IMG/VR virus record: IMGVR_UViG_3300020185_000107
Span: 1-40,606 of that record
From: a virus
Length of the DNA: 40,606 nucleotides
Reading direction: 5' to 3' (one strand)
Part shown: positions 1 through 9,115 of the stretch, one piece after another
How the letters are laid out: the number at the start of each line of letters is the position of its first letter
Position numbering within the stretch: the stretch's first letter is position 1
Notes under the pieces: generated by a model
What the model was told of the DNA's origin: nothing
Database searches by the model: none
The model's input: only the letters and a program-made list of their open reading frames with translations
Translations under genes and position numbers: made by a program

Positions 1-2
1 GT

Positions 3-3000
3 GTAGGTTTCTATTTTCGCAAATTCTGTTCCGACTAATAATTGATCATCACCGCCAAGAAAACTTTCAGTTCTCGTTACGGTTATAAAGTCGCCTATGA
101 ACGGAGTATCTTCTATGTACGATATGTTATCAATAAACGGAGTATCTTGAATGAATGGAATATTATCGATATATTCTTGGGTGTCGATTGTTGGTGTATT
201 TTGAATAAAAGGTACTGTCTCATTAGTGTTAGCAATGAAAGGGATTTGATCAGTGGTAACGGTATTTCGAATGAAAGGGGTATTCCTATCAAAGTTGGTA
301 TCCCCTATGAATGGAACATTTCCTATGAATCCACCAGGTATATCAATATTGTCTTGGAAGTTATTATTACCGATGTAATCTATAGTAGTGTTGTAATCGA
401 AGTTAAAAATAAAATTGGAAGTAAAGTTTATATTACCTAAAAAAGAGACGTTCTCGATGTAATCCTTCTCAAAAATGAAACTTAAAAACCCTTCTACATC
501 TCTAATATAATCACGATCAGTAATAAAATCACCGATATAATCCGGAGTTGTAATAGTATCTCTAATATAATCCGGAGTTGTAATAACGTCACCAATAAAT
601 GGTGGCGTTGTAATAACGTCACCAATAAATGGTGGAGTTGTAATAACGTCACCAATAAATGGTGGCGTTGTAATAATATCTTGAATATAATCCGGAGTTG
701 TAATAGTATCTCTAATATAATCCGGAGTTGTAATAGTATCTCTAATATAATCCGGAGTTGTAATAGTATCTCTAATATAATCCGGAGTTGTAATAGTATC
801 TCTAATATAATCCGGAGTTGTAATAACGTCACCAATAAATGGTGGCGTTGTAATAATATCTTGAATATAATCCGGAGTTGTAATAACGTCACCAATAAAT
901 GGTGGCGTTGTAATAACGTCACCGATAAATGGTGGAGTTGTAATAGTATCTCTAATATAATCCGGAGTTGTAATAGTATCTCTAATATAATCCGGAGTTG
1001 TAATAACGTCACCGATAAATGGTGGAGTTGTAATAGTATCTTTAATATAATCCGGAGTTGTAATAGTATCTTTAATATAATCCGGAGTTGTAATAACGTC
1101 ACCAATAAATGGTGGCGTTGTAATAACGTCACCTATAAATGGCGTATTGCGAATAAAGGGATTACGAACTTCTTGAATGTATTGCTGTTGAACGTTATCA
1201 ATAAAATCTGCTGTACCTTTCGTGTTGCCAATGTAGTCAATTTCTGTATTGATATTGTCAATGTAATCGATATTGTCAATATAATTACCAATGAAAGGTA
1301 TATTATCAATATAATTTACGTTCCGGATATAATCTACATTTTTAATATACGGCGTTGCAGTATTAACGTTATCGATGTAGTCAATGTTGTCTTGATAATT
1401 AATATTATCAATGTAGTCAATATTATCAGTAAACTCCGCAAGACCTTTCGTGTTGCCAATGTAGTCAATATTATCTTGATAGTTAATATTATCAACATAA
1501 TTTACGTTCCGGATATATGGCGGAGTTGTAATAACGTCACCAATGTAGTCAATATTATCTACATAATTGATATTATCAATATAATCTACGTTTCTAATAT
1601 ACGGCGTTTCAGTATTAACGTTATCGATGTAGTCAATGTTGTCTTGATAGTTAATATTATCAATATAATTTACATTTTTAATATACGGCGTTGCAGTATT
1701 AACGTTATCGATGTAGTTAATATTATCTTGATAGTTAACATTATCAATATAATCTACGTTTCTAATATATGGTGTAGTAGTATTAACGTTATCGATGAAG
1801 TTAATGTTGTCTTGATAGATAACATTATCAATATAATCTAGGTTGGCAATATACGGCGGAAACGTAATGGCATCACCAATGTAGTCAATATTATCAATAA
1901 AAGGTTGAAGACCCTTCACGTTATCGATGTAGTCAACGTTCTCTTGATAGTTAACATTATCAATATAATTTACGTTGTAGATATATGGCGTTGTAGTATT
2001 AACGTTATCGATGAAGTTAATATTATCTTGATAGTTAATATTATCAATATAATTTACATTTTTAATATACGGCGTTGCAGTATTAACGTTATCGATGAAG
2101 TTAATGTTGTCTTGATAGTTAATGTTGTCTTGATAGTTAACATTATCAATATAATTTACGTTCCGGATATACGGCGGAAACGTAATGGCATCACCAATGT
2201 AGTTAATATTATCTTGATAGTTAATGTTGTCTTGATAGTTAACATTATCAATATAATTTACGTTTCTAATATATCCTATATCGTCTTTCAACCCGCCGAT
2301 GAAGTTGATGTTGTCTTGAAAGTTGACATTATCAATAAAATTTACGTTGTAGATATAATTTACGTTGTAGATATACGGCGTTGAAGTAAGAACGTTATCG
2401 ATGTAGTTAATGTTGTCTTGATAGTTAACATTATCAATATAATTTACGTTGTAGATATAATCTAGGTTTTGGACATATGGCGGAGTTGTAATAACGTCAC
2501 CAATGTAGTTAATATTGTCTTGATAGTTAACATTATCAATATAATTTAGGTTTTGGACATATGGCGGAAACGTAATGGCATCACCAATGTAGTTAATATT
2601 ATCTTGATAGTTAACATTATCAATATAATTTAGGTTCCGGATATACGGCGGAGTAGTTGTGGTATTAGCAACATAAGAAATATCGTTAATATACGGCGTT
2701 GCAGTATTAATGTTATCGATGTAGTCAACGTTGTCTTGATAGTTAACATTATCAACATAATCTAGGTTTTGGACATATGGCGGAGTTGTAATAACGTCAC
2801 CAATGTAGTTAATGTTGTCTTGATAGTTAACATTATCAATATAATTTACGTTCCGGATATACGGCGGAAACGTAATGGCATCACCAATGTAGTTAATGTT
2901 GTCTTGATAGATAACATTATCAATATAATCTAGGTTTTGGACATATGGCGGAAACGTAATACCATCACCAATGTAGTTAATGTTGTCTTGATAGTTAACA

Positions 3001-6000
3001 TTATCAATATAATTTACGTTGTCAATATATGGCGTTGCAGTATTAACGTTATCGATGTAGTTAATGTTGTCTTGATAGATAACATTATCAATATAATCTA
3101 GGTTGGCAATATATGGTGTAGTACCTGTGGTATTACCAATAAAAGGAATATCATCTATAAAAGGAATATTATCAATAAAATCTAGGTTGGCAATATATGG
3201 CGGAAACGTAATGGCATCACCAATGTAGTTAATATTATCTTGATAGTTAATATTATCTTGATAGTTAACATTATCAATATAATCGGGTGTATTCGGAATA
3301 TCAGCTATAAACGGCGGGGTTGTAATAGTGTCACCTATGAAAGGAGTTTCAATTACTTGAGGCGTTATAACAGGAGTATTAGTAATAAAATTCCCGACAA
3401 AATCTATGTTTTGAATGAAATCTAAATTTTCTACGTAATTAGTTTCCGTATTGACATTATCAATGTAATCAGTTTCCGTATTGACATTATCAATGAACGG
3501 TGTTTCCGTGTTAATATTATCAATGAACGGTGTTGTCGTATTGACATTATCAATGTAATCAGTTTCCGTATTGACATTATCAATGAACGGTGTTTCCGTG
3601 TTAATATTATCAATGAACGGTGTTGTCGTATTGACATTATCAATATAATCAGTTACCGACTTGACATTATCAATGTAATCAGTTTCCGTATTGACATTAT
3701 CAATGAACGGTGTTTCCGTATTGACATTATCAATGTAATCAGTTTCCGTATTGACATTATCAATGAACGGTGTTTCCGTGTTAATATTATCAATGAACGG
3801 TGTTGTCGTATTGACATTATCAATGAACGGTGTTGTCGTATTGACATTATCAATGAACGGTGTTTCCGTGTTAATATTATCAATGAACGGTGTTGTCGTA
3901 TTGACATTATCAATGAACGGTGTTGTCGTATTGACATTATCAATGTAATCAGTTTCCGTATTGACATTATCAATATAATCAGTTGCCGACTTGACATTAT
4001 CAATGTAATCAGTTTCCGTATTGACATTATCAATGAACGGTGTTGTCGTATTGACATTATCAATGAACGGTTTTTCCGTGTTAACATTCTCTATGAACGG
4101 TGTTGTCGTAACTACGTTGTCTTGGTAATCGATATTTTGTATGAAGGGAACAACACCAGTAACATTCGCAATGAATTCGACGTTTTCAATATAGTCAACA
4201 TTTTGAATGAAAGGAACAACGTTATCACCAGTTATAATTGTATCGCCAATGAAATTTACATTATCAATAAAAGGTACTGATTTTATTACGTCTGTTACTT
4301 CGTTCCTAATAAAATCGCCAATAAAATCGGCAATAAAGGGTGTTATTATACTAATATTACTAATGAATTCAACGTTTTGGATAAACGGCGTTGTTACAAT
4401 GCCACCTTTAATAACGTCAACTTCCTCGTTGACTGCAGCCGGAGAATCTATTTCTGAAGTAACATCAACGTTTTCCAAGAAAGATTGAGGACTATCAATA
4501 ATAGTAATGATATCTTGTATAAAAACAGTATCTTTAATAAATTCTACATTATCAATATAATCCACATTTTCAATGTAAGGGACATTATCGATAAAAGGCA
4601 AAACATTATTGATATTCTCTATGAACGGTGCAGGTTGGTCACTCTCTGTGTTAACCGCAGCAGGTTGGTCAATAGTACCAGGCACTGCCGTCACATTGAT
4701 ATAAGAATCGATAGTGTCAGTCTCAATATTAATATTATCTACATAATTAATATTATCGATGAAATTTTCATTTCGTATAAATTCACCGATTACGTCATTT
4801 ATAATTATGGTGTCTTGAATAAATTCGCCAGCAACTTCAGGTAATACCGTGACAGTTGCCAATAATTTTGTCACTGCTTGAGATTGCGGAGTACGGTCGT
4901 CGTCAATAGTGCTAACGTCTATTTCGACGCTAAGACTTCCGGTTGCTGTTGGCGTAAAATAATATTCTACTTCATAAGTGCCGCCGGGAAGATATGCCCC
5001 TCGTTCCTCGGAGCGCCACGAAACGAGGCGTCCCCCGATTTCTGCACTTGCCCCTGGATTATTGAAGTTGTAAATAGAACCATTCGCTCGGGCCCCACCT
5101 AGATTCCAGTCAAAACCAATCAAGATATTGTTGAAAAGTTCTGCATCCAGTGAAACAACTAATTTCATTATGTCATTAACTCTAATGGTCGATTGCCAAC
5201 CAGTTGGACTACCATTCACAGGATTGAAAGTAATCCCAGTGGTATTTGCATCGACTAACAACGTCCCAAAGTCTTGCTCGGTTGAAGTCACTATGACAGG
5301 AGTTGTAGTATTAGTGTTTGAAATGAACGGTACTGATACCGGTGTGACCACTGGATAGTTTACTGTTCCCGGATTAGCAGGAGTCACAATAATATCATTA
5401 ATAAATGGCGCTGTGTTTTCTGTGTTAGAGATAAAAGTTACGTTGTCAATAAAAGGTTGAATCGTAATAATATCTTGAATAAAAGGTACAATATTATCAA
5501 TATTTTCAATAAACGCTGCTGGCGAATCTTCTTCTTTTAAAACGTCAATGTTATCAATATAAAACGGAAAATCGATAGTAGGTGTTTCTACATTCTGAGG
5601 AGAAGTTGCATTTGTATTAGATATGAATGGTACTATTTCATCAAAATTTCTAGTAAAAGTTACGTTGCCAATAAAAGGTTGAATCGTAATAATATCTTGG
5701 ATAAAAGGTGCAGTAGTATCCACATTTTCAATATAATCAGTGATAACAATATTCGGAGTTGAGATAAAAGTATCATCTGTAAAAACCACTTCTCTGTTGG
5801 GTTCACCCGCAAAATCCTCATTTCTGATAAAAGGAATATTAGCAGGTTGATCAATTGTAGTAGGATTTTCATTTGCTATATTAATGTTTTCAATAAAAGG
5901 AGTTATTACATCAATATTCGATATAAACGGTGTTATAACAATGTTAGGAGTTACCTGAACATACTGTCCTATAAAATTTATGTTTGAAATAAAAGGAACT

Positions 6001-8009
6001 AACGTTACGATTGCAGTAAGAAAATCTACGTTCTCTAAAAACGGAGTTTGGATAACAGTTTTAGTATCTTCAACGAAATCACCAGTGAAGTTAATATTCT
6101 GTTGATAGTTAACATTATCTACATAATTGATATTATCAATAAAGTTTAAATTTCTTACGAATACCTCAGATTGTTTAACATTAGAAATATAATTAATATT
6201 GTCTATAAAAGGAAGATTTTCAATATAATCAACATCGCTAATAAAAACCTGATCATCAATGAAATCAACATTATCGATAAAATCGCCAATAAAATCAAGA
6301 GTACGAATAAATTCTATGTTGTCAATGTAATCGATATTGTCTATAAAGTCTATGTTGTCAATAAAATCTACATTGCTTATGTAATCAATGTTATCAATAA
6401 AATCGAAAGTATAATTAGAAGTATACTCAGTAATAAATGATTCTAAATCACTAGAATATGAAATATCGTTTCGAGTGTCTAATGCAATTCCTCTTGCAAC
6501 CCATACACCGCTATCTGTTGGCGCACCCTGCACAGACGATCTAAGTTGATAGGTTCCTATTCCAGTACTTTTGATAACTTCTTTTGCACGTTCACCGAGG
6601 GTCGTAGATAATACGTTTTCACTACCCTCCTTTATTCCAGCAAAGATACCTTGGTTACCACCATCTCTTTCAACGGTCATCGCTTTTACGGGAGTCGGAA
6701 CCGTTCCGGTTACACGAACCCAAATTGAATACGCTACATTCGCTCCGTCTGATCGAGTGTCAGAAAAAACGTTAGAAAGATACTCCGACCAATCAGATCC
6801 TGGCGATGATGATGCCAATCTGAATACACCTGGGTATTCGTTATGCATGATAGTCTTAACTAGACGCTCAACCATAACGTCTAGTTCAGAATCTGACATT
6901 TCTTTCAAACCGGGTGGAGATTGTGTTTTATCCCACTGTAAGATACCACGCCAATTCGTTTGGTTTCTTTGCGATGCTACGGAAGTCAAATTTTGATAAA
7001 GATTTGTCTGATTAGAAACCAGAGTTAATCCGCCAGTATTAGCAGAAATACCAGTAAAAGTTAAAGTGTCTCGGTCTCCGCTAGTAAGTTCATCAAACCT
7101 TAAAGTTGATTGCCCTGTGCCAGTGACAATAACGGTTCCTCTTAAAGCATAGGGTTGCGGAAACGGTATACGATTGAACGACCAACTCGATGAATTCGTG
7201 GATGCCCCTTGGTTGAAAAAAACACTTTCATTACCTGAAACATAAACATTAATTACGGTATCAATAGGAACCGAACCTAAATTAATGTTGGCAGGTGTGT
7301 CAGTATCTAAAAATACATCGGTAGTCGATCCTTCCCCATTACCCACTGTGATAGTCGGTAAAGCAAAGGATTGGAATTCATACTCTGAACCTAATGATGT
7401 CTGATCGTTTATGGTAGACACCAGTAACGATATATTCAATTGCCCTTCTGCTTGTGCGATAAACTCCCAGTCTGTATATCGAACACTAGTTGCATCAACA
7501 TTAAACCATTGTACTGATCCACCGATGCTTGCATCGGACTGTGGGTTACTTTCAGTAGCATAAACTGTTGCGCCTACTGATTGAGTTCCGTCTAAAGACC
7601 ATACTACCTGAGATAGAACGTTTTCATAACTCTTTCCAGCAGCAACAGTCGATTCAATAACTGTTCTAAATTGTAATTTATCACCAACATTAATATTGGT
7701 AGGAATATTAGAAAGAGGTGAAGCTTCCCAATTAACTGTATGAGATTCGTCTGACAATAATTGAATAAAATTATCAGCGGATCCGCAATCATAAGTTCTG
7801 GTGTTAATCTCGTTACCGGTACCATCATAGGCGGTATCGACATATGCTCCGATTAATGTTTTGGTAGAATCTAATGTTAATGCGGAAGCGTCACTACTAG
7901 AAATAGCGCCCAAATGAATGCCAGCACGATACGCAAGATAATCCTCTTCTGTAAGAGTTAACTCGCGTAATGCTCCGTTGCCTATACTTTTTAGAGGTCG
8001 TGATGCCAT
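3..8009 (-). CDS. Giant repeat-rich virion structural/fibre-like protein, at least 2,669 aa, 3' end beyond the left window edge
   Basis: ATG at 8009, 30 nt downstream of a TATAAATA late promoter. Translates MASRPLKSIGNGALRELTLTEEDYLAYRAGIHLG... and reaches the edge as ...SFLGGDDQLLVGTEFAKIETY(T). I translated several stretches by hand without meeting a stop, and the ORF track lists no ORF in this frame, which fits a frame with no stop inside the window. The repeat units I counted are multiples of 3 nt. Located at the distal end of the tail operon. Confidence 0.88.
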   Translation of the reverse strand, partial: MASRPLKSIGNGALRELTLTEEDYLAYRAGIHLGAISSSDASALTLDSTKTLIGAYVDTAYDGTGNEINTRTYDCGSADNFIQLLSDESHTVNWEASPLSNIPTNINVGDKLQFRTVIESTVAAGKSYENVLSQVVWSLDGTQSVGATVYATESNPQSDASIGGSVQWFNVDATSVRYTDWEFIAQAEGQLNISLLVSTINDQTSLGSEYEFQSFALPTITVGNGEGSTTDVFLDTDTPANINLGSVPIDTVINVYVSGNESVFFNQGASTNSSSWSFNRIPFPQPYALRGTVIVTGTGQSTLRFDELTSGDRDTLTFTGISANTGGLTLVSNQTNLYQNLTSVASQRNQTNWRGILQWDKTQSPPGLKEMSDSELDVMVERLVKTIMHNEYPGVFRLASSSPGSDWSEYLSNVFSDTRSDGANVAYSIWVRVTGTVPTPVKAMTVERDGGNQGIFAGIKEGSENVLSTTLGERAKEVIKSTGIGTYQLRSSVQGAPTDSGVWVARGIALDTRNDISYSSDLESFITEYTSNYTFDFIDNIDYISNVDFIDNIDFIDNIDYIDNIEFIRTLDFIGDFIDNVDFIDDQVFISDVDYIENLPFIDNINYISNVKQSEVFVRNLNFIDNINYVDNVNYQQNINFTGDFVEDTKTVIQTPFLENVDFLTAIVTLVPFISNINFIGQYVQVTPNIVITPFISNIDVITPFIENINIANENPTTIDQPANIPFIRNEDFAGEPNREVVFTDDTFISTPNIVITDYIENVDTTAPFIQDIITIQPFIGNVTFTRNFDEIVPFISNTNATSPQNVETPTIDFPFYIDNIDVLKEEDSPAAFIENIDNIVPFIQDIITIQPFIDNVTFISNTENTAPFINDIIVTPANPGTVNYPVVTPVSVPFISNTNTTTPVIVTSTEQDFGTLLVDANTTGITFNPVNGSPTGWQSTIRVNDIMKLVVSLDAELFNNILIGFDWNLGGARANGSIYNFNNPGASAEIGGRLVSWRSEERGAYLPGGTYEVEYYFTPTATGSLSVEIDVSTIDDDRTPQSQAVTKLLATVTVLPEVAGEFIQDTIIINDVIGEFIRNENFIDNINYVDNINIETDTIDSYINVTAVPGTIDQPAAVNTESDQPAPFIENINNVLPFIDNVPYIENVDYIDNVEFIKDTVFIQDIITIIDSPQSFLENVDVTSEIDSPAAVNEEVDVIKGGIVTTPFIQNVEFISNISIITPFIADFIGDFIRNEVTDVIKSVPFIDNVNFIGDTIITGDNVVPFIQNVDYIENVEFIANVTGVVPFIQNIDYQDNVVTTTPFIENVNTEKPFIDNVNTTTPFIDNVNTETDYIDNVKSATDYIDNVNTETDYIDNVNTTTPFIDNVNTTTPFIDNINTETPFIDNVNTTTPFIDNVNTTTPFIDNINTETPFIDNVNTETDYIDNVNTETPFIDNVNTETDYIDNVKSVTDYIDNVNTTTPFIDNINTETPFIDNVNTETDYIDNVNTTTPFIDNINTETPFIDNVNTETDYIDNVNTETNYVENLDFIQNIDFVGNFITNTPVITPQVIETPFIGDTITTPPFIADIPNTPDYIDNVNYQDNINYQDNINYIGDAITFPPYIANLDFIDNIPFIDDIPFIGNTTGTTPYIANLDYIDNVIYQDNINYIDNVNTATPYIDNVNYIDNVNYQDNINYIGDGITFPPYVQNLDYIDNVIYQDNINYIGDAITFPPYIRNVNYIDNVNYQDNINYIGDVITTPPYVQNLDYVDNVNYQDNVDYIDNINTATPYINDISYVANTTTTPPYIRNLNYIDNVNYQDNINYIGDAITFPPYVQNLNYIDNVNYQDNINYIGDVITTPPYVQNLDYIYNVNYIDNVNYQDNINYIDNVLTSTPYIYNVNYIYNVNFIDNVNFQDNINFIGGLKDDIGYIRNVNYIDNVNYQDNINYQDNINYIGDAITFPPYIRNVNYIDNVNYQDNINYQDNINFIDNVNTATPYIKNVNYIDNINYQDNINFIDNVNTTTPYIYNVNYIDNVNYQENVDYIDNVKGLQPFIDNIDYIGDAITFPPYIANLDYIDNVIYQDNINFIDNVNTTTPYIRNVDYIDNVNYQDNINYIDNVNTATPYIKNVNYIDNINYQDNIDYIDNVNTETPYIRNVDYIDNINYVDNIDYIGDVITTPPYIRNVNYVDNINYQDNIDYIGNTKGLAEFTDNIDYIDNINYQDNIDYIDNVNTATPYIKNVDYIRNVNYIDNIPFIGNYIDNIDYIDNINTEIDYIGNTKGTADFIDNVQQQYIQEVRNPFIRNTPFIGDVITTPPFIGDVITTPDYIKDTITTPDYIKDTITTPPFIGDVITTPDYIRDTITTPDYIRDTITTPPFIGDVITTPPFIGDVITTPDYIQDIITTPPFIGDVITTPDYIRDTITTPDYIRDTITTPDYIRDTITTPDYIRDTITTPDYIQDIITTPPFIGDVITTPPFIGDVITTPPFIGDVITTPDYIRDTITTPDYIGDFITDRDYIRDVEGFLSFIFEKDYIENVSFLGNINFTSNFIFNFDYNTTIDYIGNNNFQDNIDIPGGFIGNVPFIGDTNFDRNTPFIRNTVTTDQIPFIANTNETVPFIQNTPTIDTQEYIDNIPFIQDTPFIDNISYIEDTPFIGDFITVTRTESFLGGDDQLLVGTEFAKIETY
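521..1120 (-). repeat. Tandem array of 20 x 30-nt units encoding decapeptides TTPDYIRDTI / TTPPFIGDVI / TTPDYIQDII
   Basis: Units start every 30 nt from 521 to 1091, e.g. taatagtatctctaatataatccggagttg and taataacgtcaccaataaatggtggcgttg. In frame with the giant ORF. Confidence 0.95.
1240..3290 (-). repeat. Array of ~84-nt (28-aa) units built from 18-nt DN(I/V)NY(I/Q) sub-repeats plus a T-x-(P)-P-Y turn
   Basis: The unit starting ttatcgatgtag at 1621 recurs at 1705 and translates IDNVNTATPYIKNVNYIDNINYQDNIDY. An alternative unit is NYIGDAITFPPYVQNLDYIDNVNYQDNI. Units differ by 18-nt indels. Boundaries are approximate. Confidence 0.9.
3451..4110 (-). repeat. Tandem array of 22 x 30-nt units encoding TTTPFIDNVN / TETDYIDNVN / TETPFIDNIN
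   Basis: ttgacattatcaat (or ttaatattatcaat) recurs every 30 nt from 3451 to 4081. In frame with the giant ORF. Confidence 0.95.
6175..6410 (-). repeat. Degenerate 18-nt hexapeptide repeats (DNIDFI / DNIDYI)
   Basis: Translation includes FDFIDNIDYISNVDFIDNIDFIDNIDYIDNIEF. Boundaries are approximate. Confidence 0.8.
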
Positions 8010-8029
8010 TTACAGATAAATCAAAATAC

Positions 8030-8056
8030 AGTATTCCTTTATTTATAAGGAATACT
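8030..8056. other. Perfect 10-bp inverted repeat (agtattcctt / aaggaatact) enclosing the late promoter
   Basis: Arms at 8030-8039 and 8047-8056, loop tatttat. Overlaps the stop codon of the upstream gene. Confidence 0.8.
8040..8047 (-). promoter_or_regulatory. T4-type late (gp55) promoter TATAAATA for the giant gene
   Basis: tatttata on the + strand at 8040-8047, 30 nt upstream of the ATG at 8009. Confidence 0.85.
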
Positions 8057-9114
8057 CAAAAGAACTTTGAGTCTACCCATTCGATGTTATTGGTTTCGGT
8101 TAAAATTAATTTTTTTATACTTCTTTGCTCTGAGGTATTCGGTTTCCATGCAACTAAACCGTCACTATTTTTACCAATTTCTGTCGGGTTTGTCCAGTTA
8201 GCGAAGTACCCACGTATCGCCATAGCAGCATATGCCGCCTCTTCACCCACTGCGTCAATAATATTTTGACGATGAATAACACGTTCATGTTCTTTGAAAG
8301 CACGAATACCTGCCCATTCAATTGCTGCTCCGCCTCGTTTTTTGAGATCCTGTTGGTTAAGACGAACAGGATAATAGTACTCAGAAGTTGCTGATACAAT
8401 TGGATCTCCGCCGAACGCATGCTTAATATCACTTTGAGTTCCCTGCTGTAACGTCTTTTTTATCGCATCAACAGCGGTTATCGCAGCGGCCGCTGGATTT
8501 GCCAAATCCGTGGCATGATACTTATTACGAGACATTTTTACAGGGCGGTTTTCTAAATCCCAATTATGTTTCATAGTTAATGACGAATGTATTTTAAAAG
8601 CAGGAAAGGTATTAGTCATTACGGAATGTAAGATATGTCTGAGAAAAATCATACGTTTATCTCCACGATGATCTGGATGGAGACCGGCAACATCAGTTTT
8701 CCCTACCCATTTATTCATCGCATCCAGTGGCATTCCGTAATTAGCATGAGTACCCTTTTCCATTCTAATATACTTATTAGAAAAGAAACCTACATCTTGA
8801 CCAGTTTCTAAATCCGTAAAAATCATGCAAGGACGAAACATGTTATACCCTGCCCTAGCAATAACAATGTCATCGTGGTTTCTATGTTTTGCATGCATAG
8901 CTGCATTATCAATTACTTCTTCTGGGAAAAAATCTTGGTTCAACCAAAGAAAAAACTCGGAATTCATTATTAAATTCTCAGCAGAAGCAAGAGTGAATTC
9001 TGGTTCGACTGTTGTATCGTTTGGATCTGGTGCTATTGTTTCCGCAATAAACGATAAATCTTCCGCACGAGCAAACCGCCAAGAATATAATGATCCCGCG
9101 TTATATTTAACCAT
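8056..9114 (-). CDS. Hypothetical protein with a GNAT-like N-terminal half
   Basis: 352-aa ORF with RBS AGGA, starting 2 nt after the upstream stop. The segments WRFARAEDLSFIAE, IFTDLETGQDVGFF and GLHPDHRGDKRMIFL resemble GNAT beta1-alpha1, beta2/beta3 and motif A. Confidence 0.6.
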   Translation of the reverse strand: MVKYNAGSLYSWRFARAEDLSFIAETIAPDPNDTTVEPEFTLASAENLIMNSEFFLWLNQDFFPEEVIDNAAMHAKHRNHDDIVIARAGYNMFRPCMIFTDLETGQDVGFFSNKYIRMEKGTHANYGMPLDAMNKWVGKTDVAGLHPDHRGDKRMIFLRHILHSVMTNTFPAFKIHSSLTMKHNWDLENRPVKMSRNKYHATDLANPAAAAITAVDAIKKTLQQGTQSDIKHAFGGDPIVSATSEYYYPVRLNQQDLKKRGGAAIEWAGIRAFKEHERVIHRQNIIDAVGEEAAYAAMAIRGYFANWTNPTEIGKNSDGLVAWKPNTSEQRSIKKLILTETNNIEWVDSKFF

Positions 9115-9115
9115 G

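Noticed and set aside
521-4110. Repeat arrays as CRISPR arrays
   Set aside because: The units are contiguous with no unique spacers, are multiples of 3 nt and lie in a coding frame. No cas genes are nearby.
3451-4110. About 18 copies of TTGACA on the + strand as an antisense promoter array, and ATTGA-N5-TCAAT as FNR/Fur boxes
   Set aside because: There is no -10 hexamer at 16-18 nt, the FNR spacing (N4) is not met, and the motif is explained by the codons for I-D-N-V-N.
42-6996. Plus-strand ORFs in the track (42-440, 681-1841, 1905-2384, 4207-4844, 6171-6996 and others) with I/N/V-rich translations
   Set aside because: They are antisense shadows of the repeat-rich giant gene. Several start at TTG, none has a clear RBS, and their periodicity simply mirrors the minus-strand repeats.
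494-7843. Minus-strand ORFs 494-1132, 3431-3643, 3653-4087, 5660-5872 and 7604-7843
   Set aside because: All lie in one alternative frame of the giant gene and are broken by stops. The long ones stay open only because the 30-nt units lack a stop in that frame.
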